DNA of 64,000 nucleotides from a virus (Duplodnaviria > Caudoviricetes). Shown here one piece after another: positions 42,220-51,332 of the stretch. The stretch covers positions 32,001 through 96,000 of the IMG/VR virus record IMGVR_UViG_3300043432_000484. The stretch is one strand, 5' to 3'. The position numbers and the translations under genes were made by a program. How positions within the stretch are numbered: position 1 is the stretch's first letter; each line of letters starts with the position of its first letter. The notes beneath the pieces were generated by a model. It did no database searches, was not told where the DNA came from, and saw nothing but the letters and a program-made list of their open reading frames with translations.

Positions 42220-42452
42220 GGCGTTTCTTCTTCCCTAACCGGATACCGATCACCGAAGATCTTGATACACAGTTGCCCAATCTCTTCGTAGGTCAAATCT
42301 CCTGCATTGGTTTTGAGGATAGCCCCCATCACATCTTCGCGTTCGTGAATAGCTAAGCGATACAGAGCCTCAGAAAGGGACTTACGCTCCTTCTCGGTGA
42401 GCTGCTTCGCACGCTCGGCCTCGAAAGCTTCATGCATACCTGGGTGGCTCAT
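42216..42452 (-). CDS. Hypothetical protein
   Basis: Translationally coupled ORF. Confidence 0.6.
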   Translation of the reverse strand: MSHPGMHEAFEAERAKQLTEKERKSLSEALYRLAIHEREDVMGAILKTNAGDLTYEEIGQLCIKIFGDRYPVREEETP

Positions 42453-42748
42453 GGTTCCTCCAACTCGCTGATGACATCCGACAGATCCAACCCAAAGCGT
42501 TCTCCAGTTCTCCGCAGATCCTCAGCAAATCGTGCTTTGGAATGCAAATTGCCCCATTGATCGCTGTACCAACCGGGATGAGCGTTGTCCGCTGGAGCCG
42601 AACCCTCGGAACGATCGTAATCTGAGTCCTCGGACCACCCGCAGCTGGGGCACCCCCACGGGCCATAGATGATCCCCACCCCGACATCCACGGAGTCCTG
42701 TGTGCAATGATCATTGCACTTGGGGCAGTTCAATCTGCCCTCACGCAA
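42449..42748 (-). CDS. Zn-ribbon protein
   Basis: CPKC...VDVGVG...CPSCGW. Confidence 0.6.
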   Translation of the reverse strand: MREGRLNCPKCNDHCTQDSVDVGVGIIYGPWGCPSCGWSEDSDYDRSEGSAPADNAHPGWYSDQWGNLHSKARFAEDLRRTGERFGLDLSDVISELEEP

Positions 42749-42954
42749 TGGAAGAGAACGTCCCGGTCCTCTTCATGAGTGACGAAGCGTCCGTGGCAAT
42801 GCTCCGCCATCAGTTCCCGGGCCTCTTCCATGGCCGGGACGTATGCCCCGGACAGGTGAACCAAACCCCCAAAAGAATCGGTTCGAACGGGGCTGGCTCC
42901 GGAGCTGCACGCCCCAAGGACTAGGGCCAAAATGAGTGCTGTGATGGTTTTCAT
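42730..42954 (-). CDS. Small lipoprotein
   Basis: Lipobox LGAC after hydrophobic leader; RBS GAGGAG. Confidence 0.65.
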   Translation of the reverse strand: MKTITALILALVLGACSSGASPVRTDSFGGLVHLSGAYVPAMEEARELMAEHCHGRFVTHEEDRDVLFHCVRAD

Positions 42955-42964
42955 AGGTAGCTCC

Positions 42965-43927
42965 TCAATCCACGTGCCTGTACACAACCAACTTCCCATC
43001 GCGATCGGCTTCCATGATCACCGAGGGCAGGCTTTCCAGAGTGAACCACGTGTCCCCTTTGGTGCCATACGCGAAATCGTCATCATCCCCGTGTGCGGAG
43101 AGGCAGATCCCAGAATCGATGATCCTTAGCGTGTTCTTGTCACACGTGCACTCGAAACGGCGACGCAGGACCCGGAATCTCACCACCATCTCGTTCCCGC
43201 GATGAGCGGCCCGATGATCCAGGTACTCAGCACCCCCTAGCGCCAACGCGGCGCGAGCTGCCGCTTCAAAGTCCACAGCGGCAATGGCGCGACGCCCGGC
43301 GCCGTCACCTAGGCGACCCATCATTTCTCGGCGAAGCTCTTCCTTGCGGCGTGCTTCCTCCTCCAAGCGCAGCTGTTCGGTTAGCTCCGCTCGGCGACGA
43401 TCCGCTTCGATCCTCTGCCAGCGCGCCATCCGGAATGCAGCGTCCAATGCTGGGACCACACCCTTTACGTGACGAACAGAATCCAGCGCGTCCAAATAGG
43501 CCGTCAGTACCCCATCCTCGGCCCCCAGAGGCATCTCCTGCTGGATAAACACCAAGGACCCATCCTCACTGCAACGCCCGGCTGAAACCAGCACAAAGCG
43601 ATCCAGCCCCGGATCAATCAGATTCACGCGCTCCGACTGAAACGCAATCTTGATCGGGTCCGGGTTCACGTCCACATCGCTCGCAATGATGCGATCCCCT
43701 ACCAGGTAGCCCACCATCTTGTGGCGCAGGTTGGCTGGCTCCGGATCGCTGGCTTCCAGATATCGTGCCTTGCGGCCGTCAAGAGTGAACTTGGCCCAAC
43801 CGTGCTCCGCCGGAAGGGGTCCTTCGAGCGTCCACCCTCTGGGACCAGATCGAAGAGACCTACCTCCAAGCCACGGCAGCACGATCGTGCTGGGCTCACG
43901 GTTCTGAAGTAGGCCTCTCCAATCCAT
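42965..43927 (-). CDS. Protein of the Ubl operon; candidate divergent E2-like conjugase
   Basis: Central coiled coil; C-terminal domain FECTCD...IIDSGICL resembles the E2 G-x-ICL active site; operon context. Confidence 0.5.
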   Translation of the reverse strand: MDWRGLLQNREPSTIVLPWLGGRSLRSGPRGWTLEGPLPAEHGWAKFTLDGRKARYLEASDPEPANLRHKMVGYLVGDRIIASDVDVNPDPIKIAFQSERVNLIDPGLDRFVLVSAGRCSEDGSLVFIQQEMPLGAEDGVLTAYLDALDSVRHVKGVVPALDAAFRMARWQRIEADRRRAELTEQLRLEEEARRKEELRREMMGRLGDGAGRRAIAAVDFEAAARAALALGGAEYLDHRAAHRGNEMVVRFRVLRRRFECTCDKNTLRIIDSGICLSAHGDDDDFAYGTKGDTWFTLESLPSVIMEADRDGKLVVYRHVD

Positions 43928-44630
43928 TGTCGCTCCTGTCCAAACGCTCAAGCCTAGCATGCCATGATTCAAGAGTCTCGCGTGGCAAACGTCTACGAGC
44001 CATCTTCAGTCGAACTTCAGCACTAATCCCAGCCTTTTGCCGTTTGATTCTCTCTTCTCGCTCTTCCTCAGAATATTTAGACCATGCAGCTTTCAACGCC
44101 ACTCTAGTCTTCTCCCTAATCTCTGGGTCTGAATGCTGAATCAAGGCCCTGGCCTTGCGACGTTCTCTCTCCACTGTAGAGTTGAAAGCAATCTTCGTAG
44201 CCCTCTTGTGTCGGGCCTTCACATCAGGTTTAGCCATAGCAGTTTTGACACTGGAACTGTTTCTGGCCTTCACCTCAGGCCGATTCTGAGCAACTACCCC
44301 AGAATTAGATATCTTGCGCTTAGTGTCTTCCGATGGCCGTCCAGCAGCGCCCCCACTTTTCAAGTTGTAGCCCACAGGGAACAAAGAGGTTGCCACCCAT
44401 CGTATCTCCAAAGAGTCCAGCTCCTCTTTGGAAGAAGCCCCTTCCACAACCTCGAACTGGAAGTTGTCTTTCCCGTACTTGGCTATGGCATTACGCAATG
44501 CGTGACAATGACTATCCGAACGAAAATGGTGAACCCACCTCTCCGATGGGTTCACCGTCTGCCCGTGATATAATTTGTCATTCACAAGGCATCGTATTCT
44601 GTACACAATTCCGTAAGTCACACCGCCCAA
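43896..44630 (-). CDS. GIY-YIG homing endonuclease
   Basis: GIVYRI...YHGQT...R, KYGKDNF, EIRWV, GYNL..GG. Confidence 0.9.
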   Translation of the reverse strand: MGGVTYGIVYRIRCLVNDKLYHGQTVNPSERWVHHFRSDSHCHALRNAIAKYGKDNFQFEVVEGASSKEELDSLEIRWVATSLFPVGYNLKSGGAAGRPSEDTKRKISNSGVVAQNRPEVKARNSSSVKTAMAKPDVKARHKRATKIAFNSTVERERRKARALIQHSDPEIREKTRVALKAAWSKYSEEEREERIKRQKAGISAEVRLKMARRRLPRETLESWHARLERLDRSDNGLERPTSEP

Positions 44631-46531
44631 GCTGGTTTGGAGAGGAGCTTGGTGCCCATGATGGTGTCGATCAACGTGACCCGCGGGGTAGCCATGAACT
44701 TAGCTGTGGTGGTGCCCACCGGTGTCGATGCGATCAACGCACTGATGGTGCGGGGGATCGCATAAGGGTCTTGGAAGATGCGCTCATCGATCATGAAGCA
44801 GGGGATTCCCAGCTCCGCTGCCGTAGTTGTGACCGCAGTGTGCGCGTGCCCCATGTTGCCAGGCACGTAGAGGAACCCGAATGCGATCGGGTTGAGACCC
44901 GACTCACGGACGGCTGCCGTGAACGGTGCGTCTTGCTCGTCACCCACGATGATGAAGATCGCATCCTCACCTTCCTTGGGCTTGTACTTCTTCAGAGCCT
45001 TTACACCCTGAGCGTGGCTCGTCCCACCACCGGCATTGATGCCCTTGAAGGCTTGTTCGATGCCAGCTGCCGACTGATGCTTGATCACGACCTCACGCCC
45101 TGTCTGGCTGAACACCGAGACGTGGAGCTGATCCGCCGGGAACCCCTGCAGGAACTTCGCCAAGTACTCCTTGGCCTTCACGATCGCCCCGTCCATCGAG
45201 CCCGAGATGTCGACCATGAAGTAGATGCGAAGGTTCTTGACAACCTCTGCGACAGCCGTCTTGATGGCGTTGTCCGCGGCATCCTTGAGCTGTTCCTGAG
45301 TGGCCTTGGAGCGCACGCGAGTCGCGATGTTCGCAGCACGCATGTCCTCAGCTGTCGCGATAGCCCGGTCCCACCGGTGCTTGATCTCTTGCACCTCCAA
45401 GAGCCCAAGGTCCTCCAACGTCGGAGTCGCGATGATCAGGTCCTTGTCCGACAACGAACCAGCATCGATGGCCACGGCCACGATCGCCCGCGTCAGACCC
45501 ACGCCCTTGGGCAGCAAGCCCACGATGCGCTTGAAGTTCGGCTTGTCCCTTTGGATGAGCTGGCAGATCTGCTCCTCCGAGAGACCTTCCCACGATTCGG
45601 CGGCTTTCACGGCCTCACCGATCGCCATCTGCCGATGCCCGTCATCCGCTTGGATTTGCGGCCAACGAAGTGTCTCGAAGAACTTTTGCGTGTTGGGCTT
45701 GTAGCCCACGCGACGCGCCAGCTCGATCACGGTGCGGCGGAAGCCGGCCTTGACGAGACCCTCCAACATCCGGGGGTTCTCCTCCCGGTAACGCAGCCAC
45801 TTGTCCACGGCCTTGGTCCAACGACCCAAGAACGGGTTGCGCGCCGACTTGCCGAACCCGAGCTGGCGATTGATCTCAGCCACTCCCGGCAAGCGCAGCA
45901 CGTCGTGCACCCGAAGCAGGAGCTTTGGGTTGAAGTCGGTAGCCTTGGAACCAGCGGCCTTCGCCCCCGGCTTCTCCAGGTCCTTGCGACCAAGCAACAG
46001 CATGGCCTCACCGACGTCGCGGTAGTCCTCATCGTGAAACACGAGCTTCCCACCGTCGATGACCGGATCACCCTTGCGCGACTGAACAAGCAAGAATGCA
46101 GCGAGGATCACCTTCAAGTCTCGGTGCTCCAAGCCAAACGCGTAGCTGGCCCACTTGGCGGCGAACTCGTTGTCGAGCTTCCACACTTCCGCGACCTGCT
46201 TGTACATCCACACCGCGACTTCCGGGTAGATGCCAGCGGGCTGGTAGCGACCGATCACGCGATTGCCTTCCTTGACGCGACCGTCGTCCTTCAGCTTGCC
46301 GAGCTTGATCTTGGTGGATTGCTTGCCGGTCTTGCGCAGCTCGTAGACAACCTTGTCTCCCTCTTCGAGCACGTGAGTGACAGGGAGCCACTTCACTCCG
46401 ATCGTGGAGCCGGCGTCGGGGACCACGATGCCGGCTCTCCCATGATGAGCATGGTCCGAATACGCCAGAACTGTCTGAAGTATTCTCTCCGCCGGCCCAA
46501 GATTTTCATTCACATTTGCCATAGTCGCCAT
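44618..46531 (-). CDS. Divergent Ro60/TROVE-like protein with C-terminal VWA domain
   Basis: TROVE-like segments DNEFAAKWASYA..HRDLKVILAAFLL, GRWTKAVDKWL, LARRVGYKP, SWEGLS; VWA FMVDISGSM, GGTS, IVGDEQ. Confidence 0.7.
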   Translation of the reverse strand: MATMANVNENLGPAERILQTVLAYSDHAHHGRAGIVVPDAGSTIGVKWLPVTHVLEEGDKVVYELRKTGKQSTKIKLGKLKDDGRVKEGNRVIGRYQPAGIYPEVAVWMYKQVAEVWKLDNEFAAKWASYAFGLEHRDLKVILAAFLLVQSRKGDPVIDGGKLVFHDEDYRDVGEAMLLLGRKDLEKPGAKAAGSKATDFNPKLLLRVHDVLRLPGVAEINRQLGFGKSARNPFLGRWTKAVDKWLRYREENPRMLEGLVKAGFRRTVIELARRVGYKPNTQKFFETLRWPQIQADDGHRQMAIGEAVKAAESWEGLSEEQICQLIQRDKPNFKRIVGLLPKGVGLTRAIVAVAIDAGSLSDKDLIIATPTLEDLGLLEVQEIKHRWDRAIATAEDMRAANIATRVRSKATQEQLKDAADNAIKTAVAEVVKNLRIYFMVDISGSMDGAIVKAKEYLAKFLQGFPADQLHVSVFSQTGREVVIKHQSAAGIEQAFKGINAGGGTSHAQGVKALKKYKPKEGEDAIFIIVGDEQDAPFTAAVRESGLNPIAFGFLYVPGNMGHAHTAVTTTAAELGIPCFMIDERIFQDPYAIPRTISALIASTPVGTTTAKFMATPRVTLIDTIMGTKLLSKPAWAV

Positions 46532-47015
46532 CCATTTGCTGCTGTGTTACTGAACGACACATCTCCAAGAAATCCTGTAGTTTCCAGTCATTAAGGGATG
46601 CGTTCACAATCCATGCCACTAACCGTACATTGTCCCGCACGTAACCCATTGCAGGGTCGATCCGATCAATGGAGGGCCTCCAGGGTTGTTCCTCACCGCG
46701 CTCACTCACCCCATCGTCCACCAACATGGGCACCCCTGAAAGAGCGCACAAACCATTCTGTGTTGACCATAGATTGAGCACGAAGTCAAGGTCAATCTCA
46801 AAAGCCAGCCCAAACTTCTTGGACCTTATCCTAGCTGACCTTACTCGATGGGCCAACTGCCCCTCAACCGTACGGTATTTGCCTCTTTGGTAGACTTTGG
46901 AACATTCTTTGCACCAAGAGTACACACCGCTGCGAGTGCGGTTAGTTGTCGTAAAATGGGAGATTTCAAGTTCCGTTTTACAGTTACTGCAGCACTTATG
47001 GGTGATGACCGTCAC
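46506..47015 (-). CDS. HNH-type endonuclease with N-terminal Zn finger
   Basis: CSNC...WCKEC; CALSG...PSIDRID...GYVRDNVRLV. Confidence 0.82.
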   Translation of the reverse strand: MTVITHKCCSNCKTELEISHFTTTNRTRSGVYSWCKECSKVYQRGKYRTVEGQLAHRVRSARIRSKKFGLAFEIDLDFVLNLWSTQNGLCALSGVPMLVDDGVSERGEEQPWRPSIDRIDPAMGYVRDNVRLVAWIVNASLNDWKLQDFLEMCRSVTQQQMDGDYGKCE

Positions 47016-47025
47016 CTACTCCTAC

Positions 47026-47031
47026 TACACC
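47026..47031 (-). promoter_or_regulatory. Recurrent GGTGTA promoter-like motif heading the HNH-TROVE-Ubl operon
   Basis: Same hexamer 9-11 nt before six start codons (12538, 38221, 47026, 50324, 52734, 53182). Confidence 0.55.
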
Positions 47032-47142
47032 GGAACCGATGCTACTTCAAGTAGCGATAGCATTTTGATTGAGTTACGTGTGGGCGTGTGTGGAGGATGT
47101 TGCGCATTGGCACGCGACAGAGCCCTGTATTACCGTAGGGTT

Positions 47143-47532
47143 ATGAGATACCCATGCCGTGGATGTGGTTGCGCCACATCATCTGAAAAACCTTACGTAC
47201 ACGAGATCGTGATCGATGGCATCCCCACACGGAGCACCCCAAAGCTGAAAATGCAGTGCGATGGGTGTGGCGAGTTGACCCTGACCATGAACGAGTTGCA
47301 AGAGTACGAGCGAGCCGCAGCCGCCGCAGTGCTCTGCACCATGGTTCCTGGTTCGGGCGCCATGGTCCGTTATGCACGCCGCGCTTTGGGACTATCCAAA
47401 GAAGGGCTGGCGGACGCAATCTACTGCAACTCGATCGACGTGATCACACGATGGGAGGACGGGCAGGAAGCCATCGACCTCTGCAGCCAAATGGCGATCG
47501 TGGCCTTGCTGATGCCAAGCGAAGTTGGCTAG
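47143..47532 (+). CDS. MqsA-like antitoxin (Zn ribbon + Xre HTH)
   Basis: CRGCG...CDGCGE, then RRALGLSKEGLA...ITRWEDG. Confidence 0.75.
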   Translation: MRYPCRGCGCATSSEKPYVHEIVIDGIPTRSTPKLKMQCDGCGELTLTMNELQEYERAAAAAVLCTMVPGSGAMVRYARRALGLSKEGLADAIYCNSIDVITRWEDGQEAIDLCSQMAIVALLMPSEVG

Positions 47533-47944
47533 CCCTTATCTGGGAGATGGTCAATCAGGAACGTCTTCCGAGCCGTCGAAATGTAGTCGAGATGCCTGCG
47601 CAAGGGTGGCGCCTTGGCCTCACCTCGCATGACCTCCTCGGTGTGATGGCGACACAGCACCATCTCACCTTTTTCTGGGTGGATCCAACGGGAGTCACCG
47701 CAGTACTCACGCATGCAGATACCGGGTTTGTAGACAGGACGTTCACCGTCGTAGGGATTCATAGGATCACCATCAGCGCGGCTTCGGCCCGCCCTGCTTT
47801 TGCAACTCTTGGGCCACCGCAGCTGCAAGCTTGCCAGGGGCTGGGTGCTCACCAAGCTTCAACCCAAGCACCTTGGCCAGGCGCATCAGGTTCTCGTACT
47901 CGCACTTCTGGAGGTCATTCTTGGTGAAGTGCAGAGCCATGGCC

Positions 47945-48220
47945 TCAGTCTAACGCAGCCGAAAGGATTGCGCCACGCTGACACAACTGAGCGCGCCCGG
48001 GGATGGTGCGGATCAACTTCGTTATGCGCCGATGCTTTGAGCTGCCATTCGAGAATCTGGGGGATTCCATTACTGTGGTAAGGGCGATCTCCCATACTTC
48101 GAAGGGGCCAGTGAACCCGATAACGCGTCGCATGGGATCGTCGCTCGATACAACCACGTCACCAGCCAAGACATGCTTCTGCATGTCCTCGATCATCTCG
48201 AACAAATTGTTCCACATCAT
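47945..48220 (-). CDS. Hypothetical protein
   Basis: ORF tiling. Confidence 0.5.
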   Translation of the reverse strand: MMWNNLFEMIEDMQKHVLAGDVVVSSDDPMRRVIGFTGPFEVWEIALTTVMESPRFSNGSSKHRRITKLIRTIPGRAQLCQRGAILSAALD

Positions 48221-48332
48221 GGCGTGCTCGCCGCTGGCGCTCCATCGTGTTCTTCCGTAGCAGGAGCTGGACGCGGGATGTCGATCGTCGGAACCACAAC
48301 TTCGCCGTAATCTGAAACCTACTCATTTCTAC

Positions 48333-49520
48333 TCACGCTGAAATGATGTTCAGTTCCTGCTTCACCGAGGACTGCTTGGCCAAAAGGTCAAGTCTGACGT
48401 TCTCTCCACAGGCAGACGCCGTGTCACTCACGGCCATACGCTTTAGGTTGCGAGCGGCATTTACATCGCGGTCGTGCACGCAGCCACATTCCTGGCACGT
48501 CCACTCACGCTCCGACAGGCTAAGCTCCGGCTTGACCGCGTCGCATTCCGAGCATGTCTTGGAGCTGGGGAACCACTGGCTGGCCCATACGACCTTGCAG
48601 CCGTATAGCGCCGCTTTGTAGGTGAGCTGGCGCTTGAACTCGTAGAAGCCCACGTCCGCAATCGCTCTGGAGAGCTTGCGGTTCTTGAGCATGCCTTTGA
48701 CGTTCAGGGTCTCGGCCCCGATGACGCCATAGGTCTTGCACAGGAACGTGGTGAGCTTGTGGAGTGCGTCGTGTCGGATGCACCTGATTCGGTAGTGCAA
48801 CCTCGCAACCTTCATACGCGCCTTCATGCGGTTCGCGGAACCTTTCCGCTTCCTGGACAACGACCGCTGTAGACGCTTCAACTTAGTGAGATTCCTCCGG
48901 AGTGCTTTCGGGTTCTCAAACACCGTCCCGTCCGACAGGGTGGCGAGACGCTTCAGCCCAAGGTCACAGCCTACCGCCGCTTGGTTTTCGCGGATGGGCG
49001 GGATGTGGTTTACCTCGACCTGAAAGCTAGCGAACCACCGGTCGGCAGTGCGGCTAACGACACACGAAACGATGCGACCTTGCAGGCGCAGCGCCTCTTT
49101 CATTCTTACGGTTCCGAGCCGGGGCAAGGTGACGGTCTGACCGTTCACCTCCACCGCGTGGCTCAGCTTGTCCTTGGGGCCGTTGTCGGCTCGGAAGCTG
49201 TCATGACGGCCCTTCTTGTGCGGCTTCGGATACTTGGCGGTGCCTTTGAAGAAGCGCTTGAACGCTTGGCCAAGATTCTTGATGGCTTGCTGCGGTGCGC
49301 ACTTCGTGACTTCGGCCATCCAGGGCCACTCGGATCCTTTGGCCGCGTTCAGCTGGCGGCGTAGTGCTGCCTCGCTGGGCTTCTCGCCCGCTTTATACTG
49401 GCGGCGCCACTCGGACAAGGCCCAGTTGTAGGCAAACCTTGCCGTCCCGGCAGCGCGAGCACAGTACGTGCGCTGCTTGTCCGTTAGGTCAAGCTCCACC
49501 TTGTGGGCCAGCTGAATCAC
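48333..49520 (-). CDS. tnpB: TnpB RNA-guided nuclease
   Basis: HTH ARFAYNWAL, RuvC-I VGCDLG, RuvC-II AETLNV, FPSSKTCSEC...CQECG..HDRDVNAARN. Confidence 0.95.
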   Translation of the reverse strand: MIQLAHKVELDLTDKQRTYCARAAGTARFAYNWALSEWRRQYKAGEKPSEAALRRQLNAAKGSEWPWMAEVTKCAPQQAIKNLGQAFKRFFKGTAKYPKPHKKGRHDSFRADNGPKDKLSHAVEVNGQTVTLPRLGTVRMKEALRLQGRIVSCVVSRTADRWFASFQVEVNHIPPIRENQAAVGCDLGLKRLATLSDGTVFENPKALRRNLTKLKRLQRSLSRKRKGSANRMKARMKVARLHYRIRCIRHDALHKLTTFLCKTYGVIGAETLNVKGMLKNRKLSRAIADVGFYEFKRQLTYKAALYGCKVVWASQWFPSSKTCSECDAVKPELSLSEREWTCQECGCVHDRDVNAARNLKRMAVSDTASACGENVRLDLLAKQSSVKQELNIISA

Positions 49521-50146
49521 TCGGCGGCCTCCACGGTGTCCAGCTTCTTCTTGCGTCGCCCAGCCGACCTACGTCCGTAGACTTTGGCCGAGAAGCTGGC
49601 GATGAGGCTCATCATGTCCTCAACGATTTCCGCCTCGTAGCTCTTGGGCAGCACGTCCTCCATCCACTCGACTTCCACGCCGTGGCTCTGAAGGAACTTG
49701 ACGAAGATGGTTGAGTTGAAGCGTGTGAACCTGTCCTTGTGCTCGATGACCACACGGCCAATCTCGCCCGCGATGGCAAGGTCGAACAGACGGTGGAGCT
49801 TGGGCCGGTTGTCGTTCATCCCGGATCCGACTTCCTCCAGGATGTGCTGGACGTGGTAGCCACGCTTCACGCAATACTCAAGGACGCGGCCTTTCTGGCG
49901 CTCCAGGTCGCCTTTCTGCTTCTGTTCGTTGGAGCTGACTCGACAGTAGGCAGCCACCACAGTGGACTTGGCGGCAAGCTTCCGGGCCTTGCCTTGGAAT
50001 GCCTCCAAAGCCTCGACCAGGTAGCGCCGCTTGCCGCCCGGAGTCCGGACAGCTACAAGCTTACCACCTTCGTCCCAACGGCGAAGCGTAGTGACCGAAC
50101 AGCCAAGCATTTCAGCAGCTTTCGATATTGAGACCAAGCCAGTCAT
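49517..50146 (-). CDS. tnpA: IS607 TnpA serine recombinase
   Basis: MerR-like HTH, RTPGGKRRY, YCRVSS, EVGSG, HKDRFTR, FSAKVYGRRS. Confidence 0.95.
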   Translation of the reverse strand: MTGLVSISKAAEMLGCSVTTLRRWDEGGKLVAVRTPGGKRRYLVEALEAFQGKARKLAAKSTVVAAYCRVSSNEQKQKGDLERQKGRVLEYCVKRGYHVQHILEEVGSGMNDNRPKLHRLFDLAIAGEIGRVVIEHKDRFTRFNSTIFVKFLQSHGVEVEWMEDVLPKSYEAEIVEDMMSLIASFSAKVYGRRSAGRRKKKLDTVEAAE

Positions 50147-50312
50147 TCACAGCAAATCTTTCCGCCACCCGGTCGTAAATACGCTGGAACTCCTGGGGTG
50201 AAGGCACCACGTCCAGCTCGACTGGGTGTTGGTAGACTCGGCCGTCAGACAGCTCAAACTCCTGAGCAGTCACCCGCACTACCTTGACTCTATGTGTCTT
50301 CGCTCCCAGCAT
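50112..50312 (-). CDS. Small IS-internal ORF
   Basis: 66 aa; ATG 11 nt after a GGTGTA motif; overlaps tnpA. Confidence 0.55.
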   Translation of the reverse strand: MLGAKTHRVKVVRVTAQEFELSDGRVYQHPVELDVVPSPQEFQRIYDRVAERFAVNDWLGLNIESC

Positions 50313-50475
50313 CTGGTACCTACTACACCAGTCCCATAAGTAGAAACGGGTAGGAATGGACATAAAAGAGTAGGTTTCAGCTCAACTGTTCGAACCCGCT
50401 ACGCGCTCGGCAATGATGGCGGCCTCGAATGCTTTGCGTGGGTCCTGAGCCATACCTAGCCCTTCACACAAATGG

Positions 50476-50772
50476 TTATTCGTTGGCTATCCGGGCCAGC
50501 ACATCCCCGTGGCAGGCCTTGTCTGGTTTGCACCAGCACCCAAGGACTTTACCGCGCAATTCTTGGCGCACCAACCGAACCAACCCAGGCTGGGCCAGCA
50601 ACCACTCTTCGTACCGGGCGATCGCCTCAGCGCGGGTGGCCACCTTGAACTTGGCGGTTGTTCCCTCCCGGTGGCTGAACGGATTGCCCCAGATGGTTGG
50701 CCGCGTGATGCAGACGTCGAAACGACTCGTTCGCAGATGAACAACCAACCCACTTATATCCACACTTGGCAT
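50476..50772 (-). CDS. DUF4326-family protein
   Basis: WGNPF...AIARYEEWL...LRGKVLGCWCKP..CHGDVL. Confidence 0.88.
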   Translation of the reverse strand: MPSVDISGLVVHLRTSRFDVCITRPTIWGNPFSHREGTTAKFKVATRAEAIARYEEWLLAQPGLVRLVRQELRGKVLGCWCKPDKACHGDVLARIANE

Positions 50773-51313
50773 GCCCAGAACACCTGAGTTGAAGAAAGAG
50801 AAAAACCAAGCGAGGAGACTAGCCAGAATAGCAGCCGGACTGTGCTCTCGCTGTGGAAAGGGTACACCACCCGATGGAAGACGAACTTGTGATAGCTGCA
50901 AAACGTACGCCAAAAATTTCGCCTCTAAGGAATGGAAAACTGAAGCCGGTAAAGAGAAGAGAAGAAAGAGGCAAAGAGAATGGCAAGCTTCCAACCCTGA
51001 AGTGCTTAGGGCAAGGTCCAAAGCCGCCTACCATAGAGCGAGGAACTTAGTGTTTGAACACTACGGATGGAAGTGTGCCTGTTGCGGAGAAACTGAGCCA
51101 GGATTCCTAACCATAGACCACATCAACAATGATGGAGGGCAGGATCGAAAGGCCAACTTCTACAACAGAATAGTCCGAAAAGGTTACCCTGAAGATCTTC
51201 AGACACTATGCTATAACTGTAACATCTCAAAAGCCCACTACGGGCAGTGTCCTCACATAATGCGGAAGGCAGACGGCTCGAACGCCATACCCTTTCGGGT
51301 ACCACCCGATTAG
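50771..51313 (+). CDS. HNH endonuclease
   Basis: YGWKCACCGE...LTIDHINNDG...LQTLCYNCN. Confidence 0.88.
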   Translation: MPRTPELKKEKNQARRLARIAAGLCSRCGKGTPPDGRRTCDSCKTYAKNFASKEWKTEAGKEKRRKRQREWQASNPEVLRARSKAAYHRARNLVFEHYGWKCACCGETEPGFLTIDHINNDGGQDRKANFYNRIVRKGYPEDLQTLCYNCNISKAHYGQCPHIMRKADGSNAIPFRVPPD

Positions 51314-51332
51314 CAATCGGGGCCGGGCTCCA

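Larger units (their letters stand above)
48305..50396 (-). mobile_element. IS607-family element (tnpA + tnpB + small upstream ORF)
   Basis: Serine recombinase TnpA and TnpB; GG at both junctions; 13-bp inverted repeat 48312-48324 / 50368-50380. Confidence 0.92.
48217..50453 (-). pseudogene. 48-aa gene interrupted by IS607 (segments 50453-50395 and 48304-48217)
   Basis: Removing the IS at the GG core restores MAQDPRKAFEAAIIAERVAGEVVVPTIDIPRPAPATEEHDGAPAASTP*, whose stop overlaps the next ATG. Confidence 0.75.

Noticed and set aside
44333-46594. 753-aa plus-strand ORF
   Set aside because: Antisense shadow of the TROVE-VWA gene; no motifs. The same applies to most plus-strand ORFs in the track.
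48333-49520. Cas12f or IStron
   Set aside because: Paired with IS607 TnpA, no repeats, and no room for a group I intron core at the left end.
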